NCBI GenBank assembly: GCA_031416075.1
Contig: JANOSY010000017.1
Location: 135,388-199,387 of the forward strand
Direction: 5' to 3'
DNA: 64,000 nt
Origin: Candidatus Tenderia sp.
Lineage (GTDB): Bacteria; Pseudomonadota; Gammaproteobacteria; Tenderiales; Tenderiaceae
The translations under genes were made by a program, and so were the position numbers. The notes below the pieces were generated by a model. That model did not search any database and was not told where the DNA came from. It saw nothing but the letters and a program-made list of their open reading frames with translations. This document shows positions 9,054 through 19,763 of the stretch, one piece after another. Each line of letters begins with the position of its first letter. Position 1 is the first letter of the stretch.

Positions 9054-11303
9054 ATGTACAAATCCCATAAAAACACTCTTCTGATTCTTGCCCTCTCTGC
9101 TGCTATCAATGCCGCCCAGGGGGAAGAAAGCCCTGTGCTGTGGGGGCAGTGCCACGCCTGGCAGCTCCCTGAGTTTAGTTATCCCGGTGAGGATCGTGGT
9201 GAACAGTCTGCCACTTTTCTGGGGGCGGACTCCAGTGAGGGGCGCGACAATGAGGTGATTGATCTGCTTGGCAACATTCGTGTGCAGCGCCCTGATCAGC
9301 AGCTGTTTGCCGATAAGGCCACCTACAACCGGGCGCTGAAGACGCTGGAGGTACATGGCAATATCCGTTACGAAGCGGCGGATTTTACCACCCAGGCCGA
9401 CTACGCACTCATAGCCCTGGAGGGTGGCAAAGGACGGTTTGAGAACAGTCAATACGTCATCCCTACACGCCACGCCCGTGGCAACAGTCGTGTCATTGAC
9501 ATTCAAAGCAGTGATCTGACGGTATTTCGTCAAGCCAGTTACACCACCTGTGATCCCGGCAATGAAGACTGGATACTGCGCGCCAGCAGTGTTGAGCTGA
9601 ATCGGGGCAGTGGCATGGGCAGCGCCTGGAACGCCCGAATCGCTTTTCAGGGGGTGCCGTTTCTCTACATCCCCTATATTCGTTTTCCCATCACCAACGA
9701 ACGGATGACAGGGCTGCTCGCCCCCACCTATGGCACTTCAAAACTGGGCGGTACAGAGCTGGCACTGCCGATCTATATTAACCTGCACCCTCAGCTCGAC
9801 CTGACCATCACCCCCCATAACTATACCAACCGTGGTTTGAAATGGGATAACGAGCTGCGCTACCTCAGCCACTATGGCAGCGGCAAGATTCACACAGAAC
9901 AGATCGATGATGGCGTCTATGGCCAGGAGCGTCGCCTGTTTGAATATAACCACACGGGCCAGCTAACAGGCGACTGGAGCAGTGACCTGCTCTACAACCG
10001 TGTCTCTGACCGCTACTACTTTAACGATTTTGGGAACTCACTCAGCGTTAGCAGCCTGACCCATCTGGAGCGTCACGCCCAGCTGACACACGCTGATCGT
10101 TATGGTCGTTTTTTCATTCAGGCCCAGGGGTTTCAAACCATTGATGACTCCACCCCGTACAGCGAGCGCCCCTATCGCCGCCTGCCACAGCTCACCTATA
10201 CCAGCGTACCGTATGGCATGGGCGCACTACGGCTGAACCTGAACAGCGAGCTGGTCCGTTTTCAACAGCATGAACGGCTCACTGGCAGCCGTGCCAACCT
10301 CACGCCATCACTGTCGCTGCCTTATCAACGCCCGGCGGGGTTTATCACCCCCAAGCTCAGTCTCAGCCTCAGTCGTTATGCGCTGGAAGAGGCTTACAAT
10401 ACGCTCGACACCCGCACACTGCACCGTGTAGTGCCAATCACCAACATCGACAGTGGACTCTATCTGGAGCGTGAAACAACACTCTTTGGCGGCAACTATT
10501 TACAGACCCTCGAACCCCGCGCCTTCTATCTCTACGTGCCCTATCGTGACCAGTCTGACTATCCGATATTTGACAGTGGCAGCTATGACTTCAGCAGCGC
10601 CCAGCTCTTTCGCACCAACCGGTTTGCCGGTACCGACCGGATTGGTGACGCCAATCAGATCACCGTTGCCCTCACCTCACGACTACTGCAACAACAGGAT
10701 GGCTGGGAGCTTATGCGTGGCAGCATTGGACAGATCCAATATTTCAAAGATCGCCAGGTAACACTTACCGGCAATCAGATTGACAGCCGCAACCACTCCG
10801 AAACCATTGTTGATGCTGAGTTTCACCCCACCCGGCCACTCAGCATCCGTGGCGATCTGTTCTGGAACAGTGACAATAACAGCGTCACACGACGCGATCT
10901 GCGCCTGCAATATATGAACGACGAACGCCACATTCTAAGTATTAACTATCGCCAGCGCAGCACACCCGACACCGTCGCCAATACCGCCGCACGGGAAATC
11001 GACAGCGCCATTCTCTGGCCGCTCACCAGCCAGTGGAGTATCATTGGACGCCGCTACCACTCCCTTGATGATAACCGCACGCTGGAAAAACTGGCGGGGG
11101 TTGAATACAGCGACTGCTGCTGGGCGTTTCGTGCTGTGCGCCACGCCACCTTTGTAGAGTCCGCCGGTGCCACCAGTGCCCCCTACGGAACCTTGCGCTA
11201 CGGCTGGTATCTACAGCTTGAGCTGAAAGGACTCACCAGCCTGGGCGACAGCATCGACAAACTGATGCAGGATAAAATTCTCGGCTATAAGGCCATACCT
11301 TAG
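9054..11303 (+). CDS. lptD: LPS-assembly protein LptD
   Basis: OstA N-domain, YTTC, QTLEPRAFYLYVPY, DRIGDANQ, YSDCCW, QLELKGL; upstream of surA. Confidence 0.97.
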   Translation: MYKSHKNTLLILALSAAINAAQGEESPVLWGQCHAWQLPEFSYPGEDRGEQSATFLGADSSEGRDNEVIDLLGNIRVQRPDQQLFADKATYNRALKTLEVHGNIRYEAADFTTQADYALIALEGGKGRFENSQYVIPTRHARGNSRVIDIQSSDLTVFRQASYTTCDPGNEDWILRASSVELNRGSGMGSAWNARIAFQGVPFLYIPYIRFPITNERMTGLLAPTYGTSKLGGTELALPIYINLHPQLDLTITPHNYTNRGLKWDNELRYLSHYGSGKIHTEQIDDGVYGQERRLFEYNHTGQLTGDWSSDLLYNRVSDRYYFNDFGNSLSVSSLTHLERHAQLTHADRYGRFFIQAQGFQTIDDSTPYSERPYRRLPQLTYTSVPYGMGALRLNLNSELVRFQQHERLTGSRANLTPSLSLPYQRPAGFITPKLSLSLSRYALEEAYNTLDTRTLHRVVPITNIDSGLYLERETTLFGGNYLQTLEPRAFYLYVPYRDQSDYPIFDSGSYDFSSAQLFRTNRFAGTDRIGDANQITVALTSRLLQQQDGWELMRGSIGQIQYFKDRQVTLTGNQIDSRNHSETIVDAEFHPTRPLSIRGDLFWNSDNNSVTRRDLRLQYMNDERHILSINYRQRSTPDTVANTAAREIDSAILWPLTSQWSIIGRRYHSLDDNRTLEKLAGVEYSDCCWAFRAVRHATFVESAGATSAPYGTLRYGWYLQLELKGLTSLGDSIDKLMQDKILGYKAIP

Positions 11304-11328
11304 ATTTGATCATCAACAGGTCACCAAT

Positions 11329-12600
11329 ATGAAATATTTTCTTACAATACTCACTCTGATTGCCACACTCAGCGCACAGGCAGAGCCGGTAAAAATCGAC
11401 GGCATCGCCGCCGTCGTCAATGAAGAGGCGGTTACGCTGAGTGAACTGGATAACGAAATAAAAACCGTCAAAGCCCAGCTGCAACAGCAAAAAAGCAGCC
11501 AGCCCAGCGACGCAGCCCTGCAACGGCAGGTGCTGGAGCGTTTAATTGTCATTCATCTGAAGCAGCAGCTGGCCGACCGTAACAACATCATCATTGATGA
11601 CGAGACCCTTAACCGCGCTATCAGCAGCATCGCCAAACAGAACAACATTTCACTGGCACAGTTACGCAATGTAATCGAACGGGACAGTTTTGATTTCAAT
11701 CTCTATCGTGAAAACATTCGCCACGAGATTCTCCATACCCGGCTGCGCCAGCGTTATGTCGACAACCGCATCAACATCACCAGCGCCGAGATTGAACTCT
11801 TTCTCAAACAGCAAGAGAAGAGTGGCGGCAATGAAAACGAGTATCAGCTTAACCATATCCTGATCAGCATCCCCGAAGGTGCCAGTGCCGAAACCATTCA
11901 AACAGCCAAACAGCGCGCCCAAGCCATTCTCGACCGTCTCGCCAAAGGTGAGCCGTTTGCAGAGCTCGCCATCGCCGAATCCGATAGCCAACAGGCGCTG
12001 AGCGGTGGTGACCTTGGCTGGCGCAAACTGGGGGAGATCCCTTCACTCTTTGCCAATATTGTGGTGGATATGAAAAAAGGCGATGTCAGCACACTCATCC
12101 GCAACCCCAGCGGCTTTCACATCATCAAACTCAACGATGAGCGTGGTGGCGAACGCCACATGGTCAACCAGAGCCACGTTCGCCACATCCTAATCAAGAC
12201 CGATGAGGTCACCGACGACAACGCCGCACTGCACAAAGTCGAAGAGCTGAAATCACGTATCGAACAGGGCGATGACTTTAGTCTCATTGCAAAAGCACAC
12301 TCCGATGACAAAGGCAGTGCCACCAAAGGTGGCGACCTCGGCTGGGCCAGCCCCGGTCAAATGGTGCCGGCGTTTGAAAAGGTGATGAACGACATCGCCC
12401 CGAATAAAATCAGCGACCCCTTCCAGAGTCCGTTTGGCTGGCACATTTTAGAGGTGCTGGAGCGCCGCACTCAGGATGATACTGACCAGTACAAACGCAA
12501 CATCGCCCGTCAACAGCTCTTCGAACGTAAAGTGAGTGAAGAGGAAGAGCTATGGTTACGGCAACTGCGTGATGAAGCGTATGTTGAGATTCGAATTTAG
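11329..12600 (+). CDS. surA: Periplasmic chaperone/PPIase SurA
   Basis: IAAVVNE N-domain and two parvulin domains (HILI, GGDLGW). Confidence 0.97.
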   Translation: MKYFLTILTLIATLSAQAEPVKIDGIAAVVNEEAVTLSELDNEIKTVKAQLQQQKSSQPSDAALQRQVLERLIVIHLKQQLADRNNIIIDDETLNRAISSIAKQNNISLAQLRNVIERDSFDFNLYRENIRHEILHTRLRQRYVDNRINITSAEIELFLKQQEKSGGNENEYQLNHILISIPEGASAETIQTAKQRAQAILDRLAKGEPFAELAIAESDSQQALSGGDLGWRKLGEIPSLFANIVVDMKKGDVSTLIRNPSGFHIIKLNDERGGERHMVNQSHVRHILIKTDEVTDDNAALHKVEELKSRIEQGDDFSLIAKAHSDDKGSATKGGDLGWASPGQMVPAFEKVMNDIAPNKISDPFQSPFGWHILEVLERRTQDDTDQYKRNIARQQLFERKVSEEEELWLRQLRDEAYVEIRI

Positions 12601-12672
12601 CTGATCGCCTGATCCCCTTCACTGTCCAATCGGCACCAAAGGGGAACACCATTTAACAGACAGAGTATCGGC

Positions 12673-13671
12673 ATGAACAGACCGCTCAGACTCGCCATCA
12701 CCCCCGGAGAACCTGCAGGCATCGGCCCCGACCTGGTTGTCACGCTGGCGCAGCAGCCACACACACATCAGCTCATCGCCATTGCCGATCCTGCACTGCT
12801 CAGCGCCCGTGCACAGCAGTTAGGGTTGCCGCTGACACTCAAAACATTTAATGCCAACGCACCTATTGAGTCACACCAACCCGGCGTACTTGACATACTG
12901 CCCGTTGCACTACACAACGCAACCACACCGGGCCATCTTGATGTCAATAACGCCAGCTACGTACTGGAGACGTTACGCCAGGCAACACTCGGCTGCATGC
13001 ATGGCCAGTTTGATGCACTCATCACCGCCCCCGTACACAAAGGGGTTATTAACGATGCAGGCATTAAATTCAGCGGCCACACGGAATTTCTTGCGGAACT
13101 CACACAGACACCACAAGTGGTCATGATGCTGGCCACCCCCGGCCTGCGCGTAGCATTGGCAACCACACACCTGCCCCTGCGCCAAGTAGCCGATGCCATT
13201 ACCCAACCGCTACTGGAAGATGTGATTACTGTTCTGAACAACGCGCTGATCAATCAGTTTGGCATCCCGCAGCCGCATATTTTTGTCTGCGGCCTTAATC
13301 CACACGCCGGTGAAAATGGCCATCTCGGCCACGAAGATGAAGAGATTGTCGCCCCTGTATTGGAACGTTTACGTTGCAAAGGGGTGCGCCTGACTGGCCC
13401 GCTGCCCGCCGACACACTTTTTGTGCCTAAATATCTCAACCATGCCGATGCGGTACTGGCCATGTATCACGACCAGGGATTGCCTGTGCTCAAACACAAA
13501 GGGTTTGGCAACGCCGTTAACGTCACTCTTGGCCTGCCAATCATTCGCACCTCCGTTGATCACGGTACCGCGCTGGAGCTGGCGGGCACTGGCAGAGCCG
13601 ACAGCGGCAGCCTCGCCTACGCGATTACTATTGCCATCGAGATGGCACAACAGAAGAGCTTCGCCTCATGA
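12673..13671 (+). CDS. pdxA: 4-hydroxythreonine-4-phosphate dehydrogenase
   Basis: [41 protein letters not shown]. Confidence 0.98.
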   Translation: MNRPLRLAITPGEPAGIGPDLVVTLAQQPHTHQLIAIADPALLSARAQQLGLPLTLKTFNANAPIESHQPGVLDILPVALHNATTPGHLDVNNASYVLETLRQATLGCMHGQFDALITAPVHKGVINDAGIKFSGHTEFLAELTQTPQVVMMLATPGLRVALATTHLPLRQVADAITQPLLEDVITVLNNALINQFGIPQPHIFVCGLNPHAGENGHLGHEDEEIVAPVLERLRCKGVRLTGPLPADTLFVPKYLNHADAVLAMYHDQGLPVLKHKGFGNAVNVTLGLPIIRTSVDHGTALELAGTGRADSGSLAYAITIAIEMAQQKSFAS

Positions 13672-14477
13672 ACCAACAAAATGACAGCCATCGCGCCCGC
13701 AAACGTTTTGGTCAAAACTTCTTACATGATCAACAAATCATTCAACGCATTGTCAGTTCACTCAGGGCCAAGCCCAGTGACCGTGTTGTGGAAATTGGCC
13801 CAGGACTCGGCGCACTTACACAACCATTGATCGACATTGTTGGCAAAATTGATGTCGTTGAGATCGATCGTGATCTGGTCGCACGGCTGCAACAGCACTA
13901 CTCACCCGAGGTGATGACCATCCACAGCCATGATGCATTGAAGTTCGATTTCCACACACTGGTAACCGCTGGTGAGAAGCTTCGCATCATCGGCAACTTA
14001 CCCTACAACATCTCCACTCCACTGCTGTTTCATCTCATGGAGCAACTCGATGTTGTGCAGGATATTCATTGCATGTTGCAAAAAGAGGTTGTTGAACGTA
14101 TGGCGGCAAAACCCGGCGACAGCGCTTACGGCAGGCTTAGTATCATGCTGCAATACCATTGCGATGTGGTGAAACTTTTCAACGTTGGTCCGGGGGCATT
14201 TCATCCGGCACCCAAAGTTGACTCCGCCGTAGCGCGACTCACACCGCACACCACTAAACCCACACATGTCAACGATGAAAAAATATTTAGTAAAGTTGTC
14301 AATCAGGCCTTTAGCCAACGCCGTAAAACATTACGCAACTGTCTTAAAACATTGCTAAGCACCGAACAGATCGAATCATGCAACATAGATCCAACGGCAC
14401 GCCCAGAGACGCTCTCACTGTCTGACTTCGCCAAACTTAGCAACATCACCGTAGACTCACCAGACACATCCAAGTGA
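13668..14477 (+). CDS. rsmA: 16S rRNA m6,2A1518/1519 dimethyltransferase
   Basis: [33 protein letters not shown]. Confidence 0.98.
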   Translation: MNQQNDSHRARKRFGQNFLHDQQIIQRIVSSLRAKPSDRVVEIGPGLGALTQPLIDIVGKIDVVEIDRDLVARLQQHYSPEVMTIHSHDALKFDFHTLVTAGEKLRIIGNLPYNISTPLLFHLMEQLDVVQDIHCMLQKEVVERMAAKPGDSAYGRLSIMLQYHCDVVKLFNVGPGAFHPAPKVDSAVARLTPHTTKPTHVNDEKIFSKVVNQAFSQRRKTLRNCLKTLLSTEQIESCNIDPTARPETLSLSDFAKLSNITVDSPDTSK

Positions 14478-14908
14478 AACTTAAAGGACAATTCTGGTCA
14501 GGCTGGTATACAGCCCTGCTGCTTACTGCGGGTGTGGTTTTTATAATCATCGAACTGCCACAAGGCTATAGCAGCGATCTCTCTATCATCGGCCAGGGTA
14601 AAGATGCAATTGTCATTGTTCACGATAGCAAAAGTTTCCCCAGTGTCGAGTTTCTCAGTCGCATGAATGTCATTCGTGACAAACATAAACAGCACGTAGT
14701 TTTTTCCGTGGCTGACATTAAAGAGAAGGCCGGGGCTGAATTTGCACAAGAGCATAGCGCAAAACCACCATCACTCCTGCTCTTCACCGCTGACGGCACG
14801 CCATTAGGCAACATCAGCGGAAATCGCTCTTCTGATGTCATACTAAACTCTATTGAAAATAGATTTCAGTGGCCACATAACCAGCCGAAGCAATCAACTA
14901 CATTTTAA
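14474..14908 (+). CDS. Hypothetical membrane-anchored protein, possible thioredoxin-like fold without CxxC
   Basis: N-terminal TM segment, GYSSDLSIIGQGK, C-terminal PSLLLFTADG; overlaps the rsmA stop. Confidence 0.55.
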   Translation: MKLKGQFWSGWYTALLLTAGVVFIIIELPQGYSSDLSIIGQGKDAIVIVHDSKSFPSVEFLSRMNVIRDKHKQHVVFSVADIKEKAGAEFAQEHSAKPPSLLLFTADGTPLGNISGNRSSDVILNSIENRFQWPHNQPKQSTTF

Positions 14909-15009
14909 TAACCCAAAAAAATTAACAATCTACCATTCACTTTTCTACTTTTCACTTTCTCAAAGAGCCAATATTTAGCCTATAAACCTCACAAATACTC
15001 AGTAGAGAC

Positions 15010-15026
15010 AATCTGATATTCAGATT
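15010..15026. promoter_or_regulatory. Perfect inverted repeat upstream of the FadL-like gene, candidate operator
   Basis: AATCTGA-TAT-TCAGATT in an AT-rich promoter region about 100 bp before the ATG. Confidence 0.4.
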
Positions 15027-15127
15027 TTATCTTACGTATAAAAATTAAATCTGAGACCAATCTCTATTTACCTTTACACTCTCAGCCCTGCGCTCCAAAG
15101 CAGTTAAAAGGATGACAGGACAACTTT

Positions 15128-16585
15128 ATGAACCACTTTCCATTACGGCGCACCATCGCCCTGCTCTCTCTGGCACCGTTTTCTGCCCTTGCCACCAATG
15201 GCATGAACCTGGAAGGATACGGCCCCATTGCATTAGGTATGGGGGGAACCTCATTTGCTTTCGACAACGGCACAGCGGCAGTCATCAATAATCCTGCCAC
15301 ATTGGGGTTAATGGAACGTTCAAGCCAGCTCGACCTGGCCATTGGTTTTTTAGGCCCCGATGTCAGCTCCACACACACCGCCAGTGGCATGCGTGCTGAC
15401 TCATCTGCCGACGGTTTCTACATGCCCGCAGTTGGCTGGGCCACAGGCTCGGGTCCCTGGACCTCTGGCGTGGCGCTGTTTGGCCAGGGCGGTATGGGCA
15501 CAGAGTTCTCCAGCAGCAGTTTTATGTCTAATCCCGGCGGCATGTCACCCTCACCCGATCTGATTAACCGTTCAGAGGTGAGTCTGGGCCGTGCAATAGC
15601 GCCGCTTGTCTACGCCGTAAACCCCCGGCTTCAGGTTGGCGGCAGTATTGATTTTGTCTGGGCGGGAATGGACCTGCGGATGGCAATGAGCGAGTCACAA
15701 TTTCAAGATCTGGCCAACCCCTCCAGTCGTCAATATGGATCTGCCTCCGGCTCCATGGTCAACGCCTTCGGGGCGATGTACGAACCCTTTGGTGGCTCGG
15801 GCATTAACAAGCTTTACCACGCTTATTTCGACTTCAGCAATGACAACGACTTTTCCGGCAAGGCACGTGGATATGGTTTAGGTGCAAAACTGGGGCTGAC
15901 GTACCAGATGAATCCCAAAGTCACCCTCGGTGCAACCTACCACGCTAAAACCTGGCTCAATGATCTCACCACCAACGACGCGCAGATGAGCATGGCCGTC
16001 AACGGTGATGAAGGGCTTCTCACCACGGGCACACCTTCTGGAAGTGATGTCGACAAGATCATCAACCTGACTGGGCAGATCGCCGTCAAAAACTTTGAAT
16101 GGCCCGCCATCACAGGCATTGGTTTTGCCTTTCGGCCCACAGGTGAATGGCTACTGGCCGCGGACTACAAACGGATCTTCTGGTCAGATGTGATGGATAA
16201 TTTCAGCATGACCTTCACCGCCGCCAATCAGACAAGCAATGGCGGCTTTGCCGGAAAACAGCTCGACGCTACCCTTTACCAGCGCTGGCAGGATCAAGAT
16301 GTAATTGCACTGGGCGCAGCCTATCAACTAACAGACACATGGACAGTGCGGGCGGGCGCAAACTTTGGTGACAACCCGATCCCCGACCGTTTTCTGAACG
16401 CTCTATTTCCCGCCACCATTGAAAAGCACTATACTGCCGGGGTTGGTTACCAGATCAATAAACAGAGTGCCATTAACAGCGCCATCAGCATCGCCCCCGA
16501 GGCTCGTTTTATTGCCGCCAACGGCATTGCCAGCCAACACCAGCAACTCAACTGGCAGCTGATGTACTCCCGGCTATGGGAATAG
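15128..16585 (+). CDS. FadL/TodX family outer-membrane transporter
   Basis: Signal peptide, ATNGMNLEGYG...GMGG and the NNPA hatch motif; alternating beta-strand pattern. Confidence 0.9.
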   Translation: MNHFPLRRTIALLSLAPFSALATNGMNLEGYGPIALGMGGTSFAFDNGTAAVINNPATLGLMERSSQLDLAIGFLGPDVSSTHTASGMRADSSADGFYMPAVGWATGSGPWTSGVALFGQGGMGTEFSSSSFMSNPGGMSPSPDLINRSEVSLGRAIAPLVYAVNPRLQVGGSIDFVWAGMDLRMAMSESQFQDLANPSSRQYGSASGSMVNAFGAMYEPFGGSGINKLYHAYFDFSNDNDFSGKARGYGLGAKLGLTYQMNPKVTLGATYHAKTWLNDLTTNDAQMSMAVNGDEGLLTTGTPSGSDVDKIINLTGQIAVKNFEWPAITGIGFAFRPTGEWLLAADYKRIFWSDVMDNFSMTFTAANQTSNGGFAGKQLDATLYQRWQDQDVIALGAAYQLTDTWTVRAGANFGDNPIPDRFLNALFPATIEKHYTAGVGYQINKQSAINSAISIAPEARFIAANGIASQHQQLNWQLMYSRLWE

Positions 16586-16641
16586 TGACACGCAGGTAAC
16601 ATATCGATCACCCGATAAATTTGGATTGCAAGGATGCAGTC

Positions 16642-16992
16642 ATGACAATAAAGACCGTACTCACTGATGAAAGACCAGGACGCCCACTTGCGGTCACCCT
16701 GTTAGCCATTGCCGTGACAGCAATGCCTGCCATCACCTTCTCCTTATCTGATAACCACTCTGGCTTTTCTCTCCACTATTTAAGCGCCCAGCCACCAACA
16801 GGCAGCGATAAAACACCGCGCCCGGCCATTATCATCACCGGAAAAACAGACCAGCAGTTAAACACAGAGTTGACACAGGCGGAGCAGGAGCTACAGCAAG
16901 CTAAAACTGAGCGGGAAAAGACACTACGGAGAATCGAGCAGCTCAACAAAATATTAAAAAGAAAACTCGATGAGGCGCAGCTCGCGCAATAA
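16642..16992 (+). CDS. Hypothetical protein with N-terminal hydrophobic segment and C-terminal coiled coil
   Basis: ORF with heptad-rich tail ELTQAEQELQQAK... Confidence 0.5.
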   Translation: MTIKTVLTDERPGRPLAVTLLAIAVTAMPAITFSLSDNHSGFSLHYLSAQPPTGSDKTPRPAIIITGKTDQQLNTELTQAEQELQQAKTEREKTLRRIEQLNKILKRKLDEAQLAQ

Positions 16993-17058
16993 AACAGATC
17001 ACCAAAACAGAACAGGGCGACCAAGGCCGCCCTGCTCCAATATAAAAATAGCAATCCA

Positions 17059-17634
17059 CTATTTACGTTCGGCCTCAACCTCAAAGGTCAGCACCATATC
17101 GTCGCCGACCGCAGGCAGTGCGTATTTAACTCCAAAATCTGAACGTTTGATTTTGGCACTGGCATCAAAACCACAGACATAAGCCCCTTTTTTCATGGGG
17201 TGATCACCGCAGTTAATACGCGCAACCTTAAGGGTTACCGGTTTGGTGGTGCCTGCCAATGTCAACTCCCCCTCAACTGTTGCACTTTTTTTATCGACAA
17301 TCACCACTTTGGTGGATTTATAAGTAATCGTTGGAAACTCGCCCGCGTTCAGGAAATCAGGAGAACGCAGGTGGTCATCACGCTTGGCAAAGCCGGTATT
17401 CACCGATGCTGCATCAATCTTGATATCAACCGTACCGGTGTTTTTGGCCCAATCAATCGTCAATGCCCCTTCTGTTTTATCAAAACGCCCCTGCATGGTT
17501 GAGAAACCAAGATGGCTAATCGCAAAGTGTGGATAGGTGTGGGTCGGGTCGATGGTGTACTGCTCCGCAGCATTAACCAGAACCGGAGCCGAAACGGCGC
17601 TCATCATTGCCACTGCCAGATAGATCTTACGCAT
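17059..17634 (-). CDS. YceI family periplasmic polyisoprenoid-binding protein
   Basis: Signal peptide, YTIDPTHT, SHLGFS, RDDHLRSPDF, IKRSDFG. Confidence 0.95.
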   Translation of the reverse strand: MRKIYLAVAMMSAVSAPVLVNAAEQYTIDPTHTYPHFAISHLGFSTMQGRFDKTEGALTIDWAKNTGTVDIKIDAASVNTGFAKRDDHLRSPDFLNAGEFPTITYKSTKVVIVDKKSATVEGELTLAGTTKPVTLKVARINCGDHPMKKGAYVCGFDASAKIKRSDFGVKYALPAVGDDMVLTFEVEAERK

Positions 17635-17675
17635 AGTATTTTCCTCTTTTGAGTTAAAAAAATAGTGCCAGAACA

Positions 17676-18506
17676 TTAAATAGGTGGCGCGCCCAGGTCA
17701 CGCCAGGTCAGATAGATTGCAACACCAGCGGGTAACACCGCCATCACTACCCGTACCACCAGCTGCACAAACAACGGCCAGCGTGCGGATATCGGCAGGC
17801 GCACCAACAACGGCACCAGCGCCAGCAGCGCCAGTGTATACCAAGGCAGCTTGGAGTAGACCATAGCACCCACACCCAGTAGCGCCGTCACTGCCACCAG
17901 CGGCACCACCATTAGCGCACCGGCAGCCACCGGCCGGCCAAACAGTTGTAACAACAGCCGTGCGCCAATCGCAGCGGCGATGGCCGAGGCCAGCTGACCG
18001 TAGAGTGCCGTTGCCCCCAGCAGCGCAGTGAGTCCAGTACCCAGCGCCAACGCAAAAATCATACTGTCGGCCTGTACCGGTTTATCTTTCAGCCCAACGC
18101 TGGCGGCAACCAGCCAACCGACATAGGCACTGCCCGCCACTGCCAGCAACCAGACCGGCCACGCATCAAAACTATTAATACGTGGCCACAACAACCAGAG
18201 GCACGCGGCCGCACCCGCGACAAACAGCAGCCCCGGCGCCAGTCGTCGCCACCGTACCAGATCAAGCAACAGCCCCAGCACCACCGCACCGCAACCCAGT
18301 AATACAATCTTACGATCAGAGCGCAACGGAAAGAGTTGAAAATCGGTAATCAGATAAACAGAGGCGGCAAAACCCGCCAGTGCTGATAGCCCAGCCCAAT
18401 ACCAGCCATGTGGACGCAAAATAAGCGCCACTATCAGGCTGACAACAAACGGCACGACTGCCGACTGGACCAAGGGATTTGTTAAGAGGTTATCCATAAT
18501 CACCAT
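17676..18506 (-). CDS. Hypothetical polytopic membrane protein
   Basis: 276 aa, almost entirely hydrophobic TM segments; co-oriented with the YceI gene. Confidence 0.7.
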   Translation of the reverse strand: MVIMDNLLTNPLVQSAVVPFVVSLIVALILRPHGWYWAGLSALAGFAASVYLITDFQLFPLRSDRKIVLLGCGAVVLGLLLDLVRWRRLAPGLLFVAGAAACLWLLWPRINSFDAWPVWLLAVAGSAYVGWLVAASVGLKDKPVQADSMIFALALGTGLTALLGATALYGQLASAIAAAIGARLLLQLFGRPVAAGALMVVPLVAVTALLGVGAMVYSKLPWYTLALLALVPLLVRLPISARWPLFVQLVVRVVMAVLPAGVAIYLTWRDLGAPPI

Positions 18507-18685
18507 GTATAGAGCAAGACAGGCCTGAAGAGTTCAGAATGACAGAGAGATTTCATCTACCATCGCCGCACAAACAAATAATACTACACACACTCACTTT
18601 AATAAGTACAAACAATAGCTATACTCAGCACGCGGTTATTATTGGCGACCGCACACAACAACAACCATTTTCGGGGGCATCAAAA

Positions 18686-19714
18686 ATGAGCAGCAGCAAA
18701 AAATATAGCAAATTCACACTCTGGACCATCAGCGCGTTGTTGCTTGGCGCCTGTGGCGGCGGTGGTGGGGGCGGCAGCAACGGACTCGCCTACACCGGCC
18801 CTACATCGCCCGCCACCATTACAACAGACAATGGCAAACAGATTGCCACTGAGGCCTACATCAATGGCGAAGGCGGAGCGGCGCTCGGCACCATCTTTGC
18901 CTCAGCCACCAGCACCAGCACCAGCACCAGCACCAGTACCAGTACCAGTACCAGTACCAGTACCAGCACCACGGAAGATAGCGGCACACCACGTATCATG
19001 AGTGTGGCGCAGACGCTGGTCGGCGCGGTCAACAGGATCAATCTGACAACAACCAATACCCCATCGGTTAGCCGCGCCACACAGACTGAAACCGACACCA
19101 TCATCGGCAGCTGCGGCGGCTCGGAGCAGTACAGCATCAGCTTCGACGACGTTACCGGCAACTTCAGCGGCACCGTCACTTTTACCAACTATTGTGAGGC
19201 TGGCGACACCATAAATGGTGGCATGAGCATGTCGGGCAACGTCAATCCTGATACCTCCGTGTTTGGGCTGATGACCATGAACTTCTCCTCCCTGACCTTC
19301 AGCTCCAGCAGCGACTCGTTCACCATTGATGGCAGCATCACCTCCAATCTCGGCACCGCGCCTATTGTGATCACGTCAAATCTGAAGCTAAAGGATAACA
19401 GCAGCGGCAAAGTATTTTGGGCCGAGAACCATGTCACCACTATTTACACGGTGGTTGCAGGTGAAGAGATCAGCACCACCGGCCGGTTCTATCATCCGGA
19501 TTATGGTTATGGGGAGCTGACCACCCCAACCCGCATGTTCATCGCCGACACTGACGAGTGGCCTTCATCGGGCGTGATGATTGTCACTGGGGCCAACAAC
19601 TCAAAGGTTAAACTGACGGCCATATCCAATACCACCTACAACTATGAAGTGGATGCTAACGGCGATGGTGTCTATGAGACACAACAACTTGGTCAGCTCT
19701 GGGCCGATCTGTAG
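18686..19714 (+). CDS. Putative lipoprotein with Ser/Thr repeat linker
   Basis: Lipobox LLGAC followed by poly-G, (TS)10 linker, beta-rich body and C-terminal DANGDG. Confidence 0.8.
   Translation: MSSSKKYSKFTLWTISALLLGACGGGGGGGSNGLAYTGPTSPATITTDNGKQIATEAYINGEGGAALGTIFASATSTSTSTSTSTSTSTSTSTSTTEDSGTPRIMSVAQTLVGAVNRINLTTTNTPSVSRATQTETDTIIGSCGGSEQYSISFDDVTGNFSGTVTFTNYCEAGDTINGGMSMSGNVNPDTSVFGLMTMNFSSLTFSSSSDSFTIDGSITSNLGTAPIVITSNLKLKDNSSGKVFWAENHVTTIYTVVAGEEISTTGRFYHPDYGYGELTTPTRMFIADTDEWPSSGVMIVTGANNSKVKLTAISNTTYNYEVDANGDGVYETQQLGQLWADL
18908..18967 (+). repeat. Hexanucleotide tandem repeat (ACCAGY)10
   Basis: 4x ACCAGC, 5x ACCAGT, 1x ACCAGC, in frame (Thr-Ser). Confidence 0.95.
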
Positions 19715-19729
19715 ATAAGCGGTCACAAC

Positions 19730-19757
19730 AAAAAGGGCGCTTGGTGCGCCCTTTTTT
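19730..19757. terminator. Bidirectional intrinsic terminator
   Basis: AAAAAGGGCGC-TTGGT-GCGCCCTTTTTT between convergent genes. Confidence 0.85.
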
Positions 19758-19763
19758 ATTTTG

